Below the pieces are notes generated by a model that searched no databases, had not been told where the DNA came from, and saw only the letters and a list, made by a program, of their open reading frames with translations. The translations under genes and the position numbers were made by a program. Of a stretch of DNA of 64,000 nt, positions 39,371 to 53,925 are shown piece by piece. Location: assembly GCF_009914755.1 (NCBI RefSeq), contig NC_060928.1; one strand, 5' to 3'. The DNA comes from the human T2T-CHM13v2.0 reference genome, Homo sapiens. Within the stretch, counting starts at the first letter, position 1, and every line of letters starts with the position of its first letter.

Positions 39371-41584
39371 CAACCCTTATACTTTATGCCATTGCTGATA
39401 GAGTGGGATTTATATAGAGAATGTTTCAGTTTATTATCTATTTGCACTATCTAATTGTTACTTTATTCTACTGTTATTGCCTTCTTTTGAATTAATCCAC
39501 TTCTCAATCTTCCATTTTATCCCTTCTATTAGTTGTTTACATTATAATTCTAGTGGTTGCTCTTTACGGCATGCACCTCCGACTTGATAGAGTGTACTCT
39601 AAATTAGTATAATGGTTTTAGCAATTGTTAAAAAGTGTATGTGGCCTACAACATTTTAACTCCACTTACAGTCAGTATTCTTTTAAAGTTACCTACACAG
39701 TTGTCCTTCCTTCATTGCTAGGGTTCTGCCCCTCCATCTTGAATCATTTTCCATCAGCGTGGCATATTTCCTGTAGTATTTCTTGGTAATTCAGATCTGT
39801 TGGTAAACTTTAAATTTTCTCAATTTGTAATTTCTTAAAAAAAGTTGTCATTTGGCCTTCATTTTTGGTGGTTATTTTAGCAGGATTTAGACTTTCAGTT
39901 TGACAATATATTTTTCTCCTGAACGTTACAGATACCATTTCATTCTTTTCTGTGTATTTAATTTGTTCAAGGCAACAATACTCCTTAAAAGATGATGTGC
40001 CTCTTTCCTATGAATGTCCTCACAATTTTTCTCCTTACTTTTGAATTACAGCAGTTTGACTACGACACGCCTATGTGTGGTTTTATTTGTATTTATCTTG
40101 CTTGGGAGTTGCTGAGCTTCATGAACACATGTATTTTATCAGTTTTAAGGCCTTTATCTCTGCAAATACTGCTACTGCTTCACTCTCTTGGTCCTTCATC
40201 ATTAGAACTTCAGTGCACATACATGAGACATTCCGATCTCATATTTTATATGTCTGTTGTGCGTTGTTTTCTTCTTTTCATTCTTTATTCTCTGTACTAA
40301 GTTTTGGTATTTTCTACTGACCTACTGTAGAGTTTATTAATATTGTCTTCTGTTGTGTTCAGTCTGTTGTTAAACTATCCAATGGGTCTTTATATCAATT
40401 AATTCATGCATTGAATGCACATCAGTTATTATATCTTTTGGTTCTAGTGTATCTATTTTTTTCTTACAATTCCACTTATACATCACAATTCTTCCTTGTT
40501 CATTTATTTTGTCTCCTCTATTTAACATATTTATAATAATTATTTTAGTTATTTTAAAATTCTTGGCGTAATTCTAATGCTATTGTCGTCAATGGACCTA
40601 CTGATTTTGTTTTTTTTTCTTTGAATTATTGGTCACATTTTTCTGCCTGTTTATATGTATGGTAATTGGTTATTTTTAATTTTATACCTCTGACATATAT
40701 AAAAGATGGCAGATTATTTTAATTTTCCCTAGAAGTTCTCCTCGTTCCTGTGTGAGGAAGATAGGGTGACAAGCTGATCACTATGATGTAATCAGGTCTG
40801 TGCCTGAGGCAATTTCAGCACCACTCAGTCTATTTCTAGTTTGCTTCTAGTCTGTGAATGTGCCTTTCATAGAATTTTTTAATTGAGAGCCTGGCAATTC
40901 CCTATCTCCTCACCCCACCAAGCAAAGATGGAAGGATATTCATTATTGTCTTTGGAGGATTTTTCATTTAGCTCTTGAGATTTTACTCATGTGGCTAAAA
41001 ATCTGACAGCCATCTTGAGGGGAGACTGGCAGTGTGTTTGAGGACATCTCTCCTCCGTGCTTCAAACACACGGCCAGACTAATCCTGTCAGACTAATCAC
41101 AGTGCATCTGATGAGAGTTGATTGTAATTGGGGTTTTATTTTACATTTTCCAGTTCACTAAAGAGTTGGCATTTAAAAAAATCATCCTCTCGTTTATAAT
41201 TTCCATCTCTCAGTTGTAATATTCTTGTTCTTTTCTTTTACCCATTTTAAAATTACATTTTCTGTCTTTTCCTTATAGATTTGAGGATCTCTTTATATAT
41301 TCTGGAAATCATTCCTTTGTAAATTATGTCAAAAGCAATTACATTATTTCCAAGTTCATCTTGTTCTTTTATTCTCTTTGTGATATTCTTTAATAAACAA
41401 TAATTTTTAATTCGATATACTCAACTTCATTTATTAACTTTACAGTATGTTCTTTCTTTTACATCATGCTTAAAAGAATTTCCTACTTCAAGATCGAAAG
41501 GATACTTTCACTTTTTTGTCTTTAGTCTCCTTGAAATTGAGTTTTGTGAGTAGTACTAGGCAGGAGTCTAAGCTCTTTCGTTTA

Positions 41585-41755
41585 CTCTTCAATTTTCCCT
41601 CCCTCTTGCCCTTTCTCCATCTGTCCCTTCCTTCTTTCCTTTCTTTCTTCCTTCCTTTCCTCCATTCTCTTTTGCCCTCCTTTTTGCTCCCACATTCTCC
41701 TTCTCCCTGTCCTTCCACTTTATCCCTCTGTCTCTCATCCTTTTCTTTTCTTCTT
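41585..41755. repeat. Polypyrimidine (CT-rich) low-complexity tract
   Basis: Almost only C/T on the plus strand. Confidence 0.85.
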
Positions 41756-43339
41756 GGGTCTTATCTCTAATTGTATGATCACAATTTATTGGAAGGCTCA
41801 TTGTTTTTCTATGGTTCTGCACAACCATGGCAGTCCTCAATTGTCTATATGAGGTAATTTCTTGGCTCTTTATTCTCTTTTATCATTTGAGTGTTAATGT
41901 TTCATTACCATACTGTTATAAATTTTATTATTTATAATAAATTGATAACAAATAATTGGTAAAGCAGCCCCTCTCACCTTGTTAGCATTCTTCAAGAGGA
42001 TTTTGATAATTCATGAATGTTTATACTTTGAGATACATTACAGATTCGGCTTATAAATTTACACTGAACGCGTATTGGATTTTGAGTGCATTAAATTTAT
42101 AGATACTGTTAGAGAAGTTTGAAATATTATTCATTAACTCTTTCAAACCATGAACTAGATATATCTTCTCATTTATTAGAAATAGGTCTTCCTACTATCT
42201 TTTAATAAACAAGCATTTTTATAGGTATCACATATCATGTTTTTAAATACGACCATATTTTCAATTCTATTAAAAATGAAGTATTAAAAAATATATATTT
42301 GTTGACTTATAGAATACATTTTTTATATTGACATATTTTCACTAGCCTTTCTAAGCCTTATTATTACTTTACAAATTGTCTATAGATTCCTTTGGATTTT
42401 CTACACAGACAATTATATAATATTCAAAGAAAGTTTGTTTTCTTTCTAATCTTTCACACTTTTATCTATTTCCTCAAAATTTCAAATGTATCAGTTATAA
42501 TTGATTATGTTGGTTGATTGCAATGATGTCTTCATATATAATTATTTATTTTTACTTTCTAGTATTATTTGTGCTTTCAGCAAACATTTGTTAATCTGTT
42601 AGTCTTTTCACAGAGCCAGTTCGTATGCCTGGATCAATTGATTCCTGTTATATCGTTTTCCTCTTTTTGTTTCTTTTTCACATTTCTTAAATTGCATACA
42701 TAATTATTGCCATCTCTTCTTTTATAATATACATTTTATAATACACATTTGATGCTATAAATTTTCCTCTATTGTTTTAGCCACATCACGTTTTCATATT
42801 TAGAATTACAGTCAATTGTAAATATTACTTAGCTCAAATACTTTCTAATTTTCATTATAATCTTTAAGTTTTGTGAATTATTTAGAGGTATGTTATCTTT
42901 CTGTTATAAAATTTAACCCAATGTCATTGGTCTAGAGATAGAAATCAATTGACAATTGGCAAACTTTGTTTATGAAATGCCTTTTGCCAAGTTTCTTAAA
43001 TGATTCATGAGTTATTAAAAAGAATGTATATTATGCAACTGTTAGGCGCCATGTTCACTTGATCAGCTAATTATGTTGTTTAAGTATTCTGCGTACTGTC
43101 TCCTTACTTTCTCTCTTTATCTTGCTCTCACTCTCATTTGCTTAATGAAATACTAAAAAGAAAACCCTTATCCCTTTACTGCAGAAAATTTGGAAAATGA
43201 AATCAGTAGAAAACATTACTTGTAATCTCATCATCCAGTAAAATTTTAATGTTATTTTTCTAATTAATCAATTGTACCTCTTTTGAAATATGTTACATAG
43301 AGATTTCAGATATAAATAGATACAGATAGAGGTGGAGAT

Positions 43340-43797
43340 TATAGAAGAAAAGAAATATTTTTCCCCCATCTTAGGTTCATGGCTGAGACCCCTGTAGCAA
43401 AAGACAGATTACTAAGAGAAACACATACAAATGTATTTGATGTAAGTTTTTTATGACACGGAGCTTTCATAAATGGAAATTGAAATATACAGGTAAATCT
43501 GTACATTGTTATGCTTAGGTTTGAAGAAGAGTGAGTAGTTGTAGAGAAATATGATTGGAGGACAACTGTTTGGGGAACTTAGCAAGGCCTATTTGTTCAT
43601 GTGCTTCTCTGTGTCCTTGTGTCTTCAGAGATAAGGATGCTCTTTTCTTCCAGGTATAGAAGGGCACATTTTGAATGAAAGTCATACAACCTGCTTTGGA
43701 GAAGGGCAGGAGAAGGTCCGAGTAATCTTCCTGCTTCTGCTGTTTTCTCAAATGCCAAGGTGCCATATTTTGGGGTAGTGTGTCCTGAACCCCAGAG
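43340..43797 (-). mobile_element. MER34/MER39-family ERV1 solo LTR
   Basis: Minus strand starts near ggggttcaggacacactaccccaaaatatggcaccttggcatttgagaaaacagcagaagcagg. Confidence 0.85.
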
Positions 43798-44667
43798 ATG
43801 GAGATATACCCTGGTATCCCCTCCTTGAAAATCTGCTACCACATCTTCGGGGTTTATTTAGCCAAAAGAAGTCAGGACTGACTGTCTCTAAACTTTAGTG
43901 TCTTGTCAGTCTACTATTGGCAAAGTTTCTAAAACAGCTATGTGTTGTCACTAATGAAGACCAGTTCTGTGTAGTTTCATACATTTTTTTCTGCCCTGAT
44001 GATGCCTGGATAATGATGGAAAGTGGAGCCACAGATTTTGGAAAACCGCAAGCATGACTACAAGTAGAAGCCCATTGAATATCAACAGGAAAAGTAGTTG
44101 CAGTCATAATCCCTTTCTTAGTTTGGACCCTTTTCCCCAAAGAAATGTCCCTTCTTTTTCCATAGGGACCAACTTTGCACATGCTGTAAGAGGGAGTCCT
44201 GTTAAAACTCCCTCCCCCAGCAATGGGTTGCCTACTTGTAGATTACATTTGAATAGCTAAGAAGAGAACTCTTCAACAATTGCTGCCACTCACAGCCTAA
44301 AGTATATTTTCAAAAGGGAACATTTTATTAACTTGCTAATAAAAGAAAGAGTTTTCTTTGTTATTTCAATTGGAAGACAGCTTTTCTATCAAATTCTCAT
44401 AGTCTTGTAATAAAATAGTTTTCGATTGTCTACCACGTCTTAAGAATCAGGTTGCTAATAAAATTTAGAAAGATAAAGTATTAATTAGTAAATTGCCTGG
44501 ATTTTAGAGAAATTTAATGGACTATGTTGATTCCTCTTTGTAAATTTGTGATAAACCTAGTTAGGTGTGATAGTTTTGTTTTGCATAGGAATTAATGGTT
44601 CAGCCAACACTTCCCTGATGTTCAGAATAGTTTAAATAGCATAAATCAATATACAGTACATGTAAAA

Positions 44668-45267
44668 CGTTGGAGGTCAGAAACTGATACCTCAAAATGT
44701 AGCGCTTTGACATGTTGAACTGAAGTAGAAGCCTCAGGTCTCTCTGAATTCCTGCCACCTTCCCAACTCTCAATCCTCTGTCTCTCCCAAAGCAGAGGAT
44801 GGAGTGTTCTCTGAAGTTTCCTCATTTGCCCAAGGCTTAGATCCACCCAAGAAGAAAGCAGTTACCACTGGTTTCTCCCCTGAGGTCCATTAACTCCCAT
44901 ATCACAGGAAAAAGGACTGAAGTCTGTCAACACAGCTGGACAGATTTTTGTCACAAACCATTGTCTGGTTTCTAGGCCAAACTGACCGTGCCCTGGGCCA
45001 TTGTATGTTCTCCAAGTCCATTGATTTTCCTCTGAAAATCACTAGCCCTCAAATTTCCATGTTCCTCCTGTCTCCCCTCTCATAAAAAGAAGGGCATATA
45101 CACATCTGTATCCCATTGGGCTATTGAGTAATTATTGTCCTAAGAATCTCCATGCTGTGCATGTTAATAAATTTGTATGGCTTTTCTGTTATTAGCCTGC
45201 CTTCTATGAGTTGATTTTTCAGCAAATCTTCAAAGGGCAAAGAGGAACTTTTCCATTGTCTCCTACA
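44668..45267 (+). mobile_element. LTR49-like (MER4-group ERV1) solo LTR
   Basis: gttggaggtcagaaactgatacctcaaaat...aataaatttgtatg...tctcctaca. Confidence 0.75.
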
Positions 45268-46869
45268 GAAGCATTTAAAATTCTGTAAAACAATGACAAA
45301 ATCAAAAGCCATGTAAAATCGTGTGTGTTTGTGGTATTTTTAGCAAAATTTTATTTCATATTTATATAATCCAAAATTCTAATATAATAGTTCTAAATCG
45401 AATTTTAGGGTCCATGAACTCATCCTTTGCACTTTTGAAGCAGAGGAGGACTGTGACAGAGTTAGAATCTCAGTTTCTCAGTTCCACAGGCTGCTACTCT
45501 TCACATGGCAGCTGGATAATGTTCGATTTTCAGTCCTGTGTATTTATAACACATTTTAACCTGCAGAATGCTTGAAATTATCTGCTAGTCACTCTTCTAT
45601 CTTGACCAACATACAAAATCATTGATGTAGAATTCAGTGTTGCAAAATTTTGAAAAAAATAGTTTTGGTAATAATTTTAAATATCATTGGCATTAGAGTC
45701 TGACAGACCAAAATTAACTCCTTGTGTTATAATTCATTAGCTTAAAGGCATGATGATTGTGACAACCTCACTGAGTCTTGACTTCTCCATTTAAAGATAA
45801 TAACATGAACCTAGGTTGCAAGTTCTTCATGAAGATTAAGTGACATTTTATATATAATATGCAGAAAATAGGTTTGATATGTTGTAAGCATTTGATAAAT
45901 AACATTTATTATAATAATTTTCAGCAACAATAAGAAAGAAAGTCAAGGTGTTCCTAAGAGACTTAGAGGTTTAGGTCCTACATTGCAAAAGGTTTAGTAT
46001 CTGCACTGTTCCAACAGAAGGAGCAGACATATAGAACTCAGTTCCCATCCTTGGTTTATTTATTTTGAGTATTCGACAGAAGAAAGGAGTCAATGAAATG
46101 AGAAGACCTGTGCGGGCAAACTAACCTTATGTAGAATGTGTCCTCTTATTATAAAATGAGAAGACAACCCCTTTTCACAACTACTACAAAACAATGCCAT
46201 ACCCATCCATTGTTATTACCAGTTATTTCCAACTCTCCCCTGCTATTTCCAGAGTCCACCTTCCTGTGGGGAAAAGCTAACCTAGAATAACTGTATTTCC
46301 TACACCTGAGAGGCCACACAAGTATTACATTTTACAAGGAGTAATATTTTTTTTTGCAATTTCTCCCCAATGTACTTTATATCCATCTAGTCCATAGCAG
46401 AAATAGTAAAATTTCAAAATTCAATAAACCAAAATAAAAAGGTCTAAAAGCTGGAGCCCTATATAGACAGAATTATAAACGCACATTATTACACCATTAA
46501 GAAATTGTTTTATAACATTTAACATTATTGTAACATGCCTGTGTTGCACAAATTCATATATACTATGAATAAAGTCACATACATTAAAACATAGAGTATG
46601 TTAAATATGGTATTCAGTTTTGTAAAACCAAATTTGTCTGATGTGATGTTTTTCTGGAAAACACAACAAGAAAGCTTTCCGAGTATAAATGACAATGGGT
46701 TTTTACACATATGTCTAGCTCTCAATGTGTAAATGACAATGGGTTTTTACATTCATGTCTCCAAACTGGATTCTGCAAATTGTATTCTAAATGAAAAATA
46801 TCGCTCTAGTAAACAAATCTCATAAGACAGCAATTTATCTCAAATAAATTTTTGGCCAAATGTTTAGTC

Positions 46870-47315
46870 TGTAGGAGAGAAAAAGCAATATATTTTCCTC
46901 ACCCATCACAGAGTTCATAGCTGAAACCCTTGTAACAAAATACAAATTAATAAGAGAAAACATACAACTTTGTTTAATATAAGTTTTACATGACATGGGA
47001 ACCTTCAGAAATGAAGACCTGAAAACCCAGGGACAACTGTGTGTTTTTATGGACAATCGTGCAGAAGTGTGATTGGAGGACAAACGGGTATGGTCTAATG
47101 GCACTAAACTGGGGGGAACTTATGAAGGCCTGTTTGTTCAGATTCTTGCTAGAGTCCCTGTGTGACAGTCCTTCCCTCTGGCTAAACAGCAAGACACTTG
47201 TCTCATGAGGGTTTTCAGGAGAGAAGAAGCAGGGAGAGGTCACAGTGACCTTCCTACCTCTGCTGTTTCTCTCAAGTACTAGAGTCCATATTTGGGGATA
47301 TTTTGAAACTCAATA
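46870..47315 (-). mobile_element. MER34/MER39-family ERV1 solo LTR
   Basis: Homologous to the 43340-43797 element; exact 4-bp TSD AGTC. Confidence 0.85.
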
Positions 47316-47390
47316 AGTCTTTGCTGAAATACAGTGTATCCATATTCTTTTATCTTTAACTTTTGTATATTACACACCATTCTACTTTTC

Positions 47391-47687
<297 letters not shown>

Positions 47688-48709
47688 ATCTACTTTTCAA
47701 ATAAAGTGATATATTTGCTAAAATTGTGTGTAAACTAATTATAGCAAAATTTTTATAAATAAAATTATTTCAAAGATAAATCTTACATCCTACAGTTACA
47801 CATAAAGAGTAGTGTTGTATCAGATCTACAGTGTCTAACAGCCTTTCTCTCTGTTAATGTTACAAAACATTGATCATTGGTAGCCCATGCTACTGTCATT
47901 TTAATACAAGCCCATAAACTTGAATTTTAAATGAATCACCCAAATGATTTTTCAGGTAGTCATCTTCCAGAAAGATTGGCTTGTAGAATTGAAATTTTAT
48001 TCTACGTTTTCTAACTATCAATAGTTAAAATCTACATCTCAAAAGTGAGCTGTCGAGTCAATGAAGCCCGGGAGTTTGCAGGTTTGGCTTTGAGGCTCCA
48101 TGTGTTTCACCGTGAATAAGTGTAGACTCACACATTCAAGAAGCATGTTCCACCCTGTATATGAATAATAGTCTTCAACCTGCCAGGCTTGCGGCTTGAT
48201 AGGCATTATAGCACACTGTATATTGAAGACGTTTATTTTATGTCACTAGAACAATTACTCCAGCGAAAATTTAGTTTGTTATGTACTTTGTATAAAACTC
48301 ATGTCTTCTCACATGAATTACTGGGAAGCCATACTTTTTAAAAAGGTGTAATAGAATTAAAGAAAGTTAACTCCTAGAATAATAGCAGAATTGGCAATTG
48401 ATATTCCATCTAGAAATGGCTTTCAAATCTTGAGATGACTCTTAAATTCAAAAGTTTGAGAGTTGAGAAGACACATTATAGGACTTTATAATAACAGAAA
48501 AAATTAGCTGTAGGGGTTGTAGGGTAGACTCAGGTTTGTGCACTGCATTCCATCCATGTTATCACAATTAGAGACATCATCTAAAAATTGAGTGAGTTGG
48601 TTCTTTTTCCAAGAGTCAGTACAAACTGAAATTCTAAAGAGAATTTTTTAAAAGTTAAACAACTTATGGATGACAAGTTTAAAATGAAATATTCAGGAAA
48701 ATTAGGGCA

Positions 48710-49570
48710 TTAATTAATTCATTCATCCATTCATAGTATTTATTTGGTAACTATTAGGTTCTGGAAAATGTGCTAAAATATATTAAGAAATAAAACTTTA
48801 AAAGTCCATACTTTCATGAAATTTGAGATTATTTGGGGACTAGAGACAAGAAATGTTATCAAAAATGATGTTAGTGGTATGATAAAAAGGGCACAGAATT
48901 CTATGAAAGTAAATATTAGAAGATAATTCAAATAGAAGTTTCAGGAAATTATTTTGGGGGTACAAAATAATTAATAGATAACAACCTTAAGTACTGAGGG
49001 GAACTGGTTAGATAAAGGAGAAGATGAAAAGAAAAGTGTTTCTCAGGGAAAAGCTGTATGTGAGAGGAGGCTGTGATCAGATAATGGAAAGAAGCTTTGC
49101 AGGTCAGGGGCAAGGTTCAAGGTGAGAGAGTTGGCAGAAAGGAGGGAATGCATCAGGCGGGTAGCTTAAAGCATGCCAAGGATTGCAAAATTTAGAGCAA
49201 TGGGAAACCACCAAGATTTTTATGCTGACATAATTATACTTGCATTTTTGAAATATCAATCTAGTTGTAGAATTGAGTCTGGAATGTAGAGTGAGAACTG
49301 GCATGCTGTGACAGAGGTCAGACCTGAGAGAGTGGGCCAGAGACCAGGAAAGGTGCATGATTTCAATAGGGAGAATATGTAGATATTTGTGAGTCATCAG
49401 ATGAGGTGAGTGAAGAAGATGGAAATGTAACCAATGGCAATTAGGTTTCATACATAAGTGAATGAATACTATTACTTTTTCCTAAACGAGAAAACACTGA
49501 AGAGAGAACCTAATGGAGATCAATATAGATTCAGTTTTGGACATGTTCATATTTTCTATGAGATACATAA
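48710..49570 (-). mobile_element. L2 fragments
   Basis: Starts with (attc)n-like tail attcattcatccattca; degenerate L2-like body. Confidence 0.5.
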
Positions 49571-49629
49571 ATAAATCTCACCCATGGGCCACAATGGGAT
49601 TGACATAAGATGTCAGCAAATATATAAGG

Positions 49630-50302
49630 AAAGACATGAGATGCATAGAAAACAAACCACAAAATAGTAGACACATATTCTACCTTATCAGTAATTATAT
49701 TAATGTACATGAATTGAACACTGCAATTTAAAGGCAGACACTAGCAGATAAATTTTTACAAATGATACAACTGTATGCTATCTAAAAGAGACACACTTTG
49801 GATTCAGAGATAGGAAGTAAAAGGATAGAAAAAGACAAGCAAACGGTAGCCAAAATAAACCTGAAGTGATTATATTAAAGTCAGACAAAATAGTCCAGAA
49901 GGTAAAATTTGTAGCTAAAGATAATGAAGAGAATTTCATGATGATAAAAGAGTCAATCCATCAGGAAGACATAACAATTATAAACACATATACAAGTTCC
50001 AAAATACATGAATCAAAACCTGACAGAATTGAAGGGAAAATGTACATTTCAACAGCCGGGTTTTTAATATCCATTTCAGCAATGAGTATGGTGATTAGGG
50101 AGAAGATCAAAAAGAAATAGAAGATGTTAACAACATGGTCAACTAACTAGACCTAACAGACATTGATGGAGCACTTTGCTCAACATGAGCAAAATACCGA
50201 TTCTTCTCAAGGAAGTTCAACGCACATTCTCCAGGACAGACCATCTGTTGGACTGTAAAACAAGCTTCAATAACTCTAAAGAGACTGAAATAACACAGAA
50301 TA
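49630..50302 (+). mobile_element. L1M ORF2 endonuclease-region remnant
   Basis: ORF fragments SDKI...FMMIKESIHQEDITIINTY and RTFSRTDHLLDCKTSFN are L1 endonuclease motifs. Confidence 0.85.
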
Positions 50303-50588
50303 TTATAGGTGCTAAAGGATGTGATGCCTTGCCTCACCCATCACAAGGGTCACGGCCAATACTTCTATAATAAAAGATGAGTTAACAGGAGACAAGCATG
50401 ACAACTTTGTTTAATCTAAGCTTTACATGATAGGAGCCTTCAAAAATAAAGACCTAAAGACCCAGGGGAAGCTATTTTTATGCTTCCTTTCGATGAAGAA
50501 TGGACCATTGTGTAGAGATGTGATTGGAAAAAAAGGATAAGATCTAATGCTAATAGACTGAGGGGAGAAATCCAGCAAGGCCTTTCTG
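50303..50588 (-). mobile_element. Partial MER39/MER34-family LTR
   Basis: Homologous to the left halves of the 43340 and 46870 LTRs (cctcacccatcaca...gacccagggga...tgattgga...agcaaggcct). Confidence 0.75.
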
Positions 50589-50679
50589 GAGTGAAAGCAT
50601 AAAGAAAACAAACATTGAACATGGATTTTGATCCAGTGGCATTTGATCCAGTGCATTTTTGAGAAGCAATCTTGACAGT

Positions 50680-50850
50680 GGCTAGGAACAGGAGCTGAAT
50701 CCCTGTGCTTCAATTGCCTTATCTGTTAAATGGGGATAATAGTAGCCACCTTATATGGATGTCCTAAGAATTAATTGATGTAAAGATTTATAATAGTCTC
50801 TCGGCAAACAATACAAATTTAATAAATTGCAGCCAACATAGTTATAATCA
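50680..50850 (+). mobile_element. MIR
   Basis: ctgtgcttcaattgccttatctgttaaatggggataatagta core. Confidence 0.65.
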
Positions 50851-51337
50851 TATCGATTCTTCAGAGTAACCACCCAGTCTTTGCATTCTCATCCACACGT
50901 TGCCAGAGGAGAGCACAAAAGCATACAAAGACTCGCCTGAAGCCTTGCAGCCACACCACACAGCACCGAGACCTCATCAATCCCCCTCACTTTCTGCTAA
51001 ATCACCTGCCCCACACGTGATTAATGTGCCCCGACCTCTCATGTCTCATTTTGTAGTCCTGATTTATGTCTTTCTGTTGTGTTGTGAGTAATATGTTTAC
51101 AGAGGGGGAGAAAATTATAATATTGAAGAAAGGGAAACAAAAGTGAGGCAGTCAGGTATGTGAAAGTTATAGTAAGATTTTTATGTCAATGCAGCTCAAC
51201 ATTTCTGCTATATTCTGTTTTGTAGGCAGAACAAAATCTCTCTTAGTTAGAGGCTGAAATCCAAGGGACTTCGATTTATTCCAATTTTCAAGTAGAAGAT
51301 TTTATTTTACTCAGGTAAACATAGACTGTGCTGTTAC

Positions 51338-51338
51338 A

Positions 51339-51377
<39 letters not shown>

Positions 51378-51378
51378 A
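51338..51378. repeat. (ATAA)n microsatellite
   Basis: About 10 perfect units. Confidence 0.95.
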
Positions 51379-53925
51379 GCAAGCAGAAGGTGCGGCATAG
51401 ATTTAAAAAACTATACTTGGGGAAAATAAAATTAAATAAAATCATCGTCAAAAGTTCTTGTGCACTTTGAAATTCAGATTGCATCGTGAGCTTGGATTGC
51501 CAATATCCTTCATGCTGTTGCTTGCCAGACTGATAGCTCTTTCCATTCATTACAGATAGAAAGTGACTATGAAGCTTTACAAAGTTACGGGCAGGTGCAA
51601 AGCTGTTGATCCCAGCCTAGAAGATACATTTTATATGCCTGTGAAGATTGTTCAAAAAACCCCAACTGTAACACCAAGTTGTTAGAATAGTTTAAGAAAG
51701 ATTAAGCCAGAGAAGGGAGCTTCATTTTTTGTGCTGACAACACTTACGGGGTTTTAGTTGAACCCAGCCAAGAGGATAAATTGCAAAGTAATTAAGAGGA
51801 AGTCTAAATCCAGATTTGTTCAGTTTGTTTCTTAGGATCGTTAATATTAACTGACTTTCACATTCAGATTCACTTAACTTGGCAAATGCCATGAAAACGA
51901 AATCACATAAGATTTTGCAGCCTAACATTCTTTCCGAAATGGGAAAAGCTACTCAGCCTAAGAAATATTTCATTTGATTTTGAGGTGTTTCACAGACTAT
52001 GAAAAATTTAATTTCACAAACAAGTGCCAAACATTTTGTTTGTCTTTGAAAAATAATCATTTCAAGAAGAAATCAATGACTTTCAGAAATAAAACCAGTA
52101 GCCATAACAACTCCTCCAGGCATTTTCCCTGAAATGAGTGGGTAGTGACTATTTTAAAGGACATTTTCATTGACTTTGCTGTATTATCTGACACTTTAAG
52201 AAATGTCAGAGGGTATTGTTTCAGGGACTCTTATTTAAATTCAGGTTAACGTTATACGCCTGCTTCTCAGGCTCCATCCAGCTTCCTTTGTGACTCAGTT
52301 CAATAACAAATAATGATGAACCATTGAACCACAGACATGGATAAAGACAATCCCATGTTTCCATTACAGACCCAATTCAATGGTTTCCCATGTTCTTTAA
52401 TTGTATGGATTAGAATGCACAGAAAAATGGTATATTAGACATTAGAGATTTCCTCTCACTTTCCCCACAAAATTTTGACATGATTCTCCCAGAAAAAAAT
52501 GCAAAGTAGAAATGGAGATTCCCGTGATTGACAGTGATGTTGGAGCAAAGCACATTTCCAGCATCTGCTTGCGTGACCCTGGTAAAGCATGGGCATGTGC
52601 GGTTCAGGCTCAGAGAGGCGTGGAGTTTAGAAAAAACAGCTTAATAGCAAAACATTCACTCTTTGTTTCATGGATGGAAAGATTAAAACGTATCAATTAC
52701 ATTGTTCACAACAATTTAAAAAATCCAGCTTTCTTTTCCAAGCATTTCTCTCACATCATCAGTTATAGTCCCAGACTGCGAAGTCTAGGGTTATTCAGGT
52801 CAAATTATCTAACATTTGCAGGTGCCAATGATGAGCTAGCCATTTTGCATGATAAGTAATCTGCACCCCAATTATCATAACATCCTCCCTTCTTACAGAT
52901 GGCTTAGCCAAGGAGGAGAAATGTAACTTGCGCAGATTCACATAGCTGAATCTATGTGAAATCAAAATGTTTGATTTCAAAACTTACACTTTAATATCAC
53001 ACTATGCTGACTCTCATTATTCTTAAAGCTGAATTTTGTAATTGAGGAAGAGTTGATTTCAAAATGTCTCAAATCCTCAGCTCAAATTCATGGGCAGTTT
53101 TCATTCACTTCTACACAGCATACATGTGTAATATATGTTATATATAATATAGATTTTATTATGTAAATATAGTTTAAATTATACATTTTTAAAATAAAAA
53201 TATGAATTTTCTTTTTCATTATTTCAAGATTTTACATGTGCTTAGTTTTAAAAATGAGTTAGCTTCTTTTATCTTTAACTTTTGTTTGTTTTCCAAATGT
53301 CTAGTTGAGTCATTCCATTTGAGATGGTAATTTTTAACTTTCCTTGCTTACTTCTAGAGTAACAAACCTTTATCCTTAAACCTCTGGATTTGGCATTATT
53401 TTTCCATCTATACTGAATCTTTATTGTATAGGAGCCAGGATAAAAATAAGAATAACTAAGAGGAAAATATTGAACAGCAGAATGAGAAATGTATGTTTGA
53501 TGCCATCAATTCTTCAAATTTTTCAATATTATTTTAGAGAGAAACATGGAATTATTTGCTGTAAAATGTTACCCTAAAACAACAATAGAAAGTGAAAAAT
53601 CTAAATATCACAATTTTCAACTGCTGAAATAAAAGAAAATATTTAAAAAATTGAGTCAAATGTTTAAAACAAATTAGTTTTTGAATGGTCTTAAATTTTA
53701 GGAAAGATAAATAATTCATTAAAGTTCAAAGAATTTACTTTCTCCATTACCTTAGGTCTATGCAACATATTAGTTTACTTTTGAATGAGGAAATAATTCA
53801 CAAAAGGTTGATCTTTACTTTTAGAAGAAATAATTTAATATACTATAAGAATGATCAAAAGTTTTTATTATGAATGAAAGGCAAAATGCTTGTGTAAACA
53901 TTTATATCTTATAAGTAAGTTTTCT

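Larger units (their letters stand above)
39100..43100 (-). mobile_element. Ancient L1M fragments (fragmentary; boundaries approximate)
   Basis: T-rich strand bias with degenerate L1 ORF1/ORF2-like antisense sequence. Confidence 0.5.

Noticed and set aside
43340-47315. Two related LTRs as the ends of one provirus
   Set aside because: The right LTR has its own AGTC TSD on both sides, the two are too diverged, and I see no gag/pol remnant between them.
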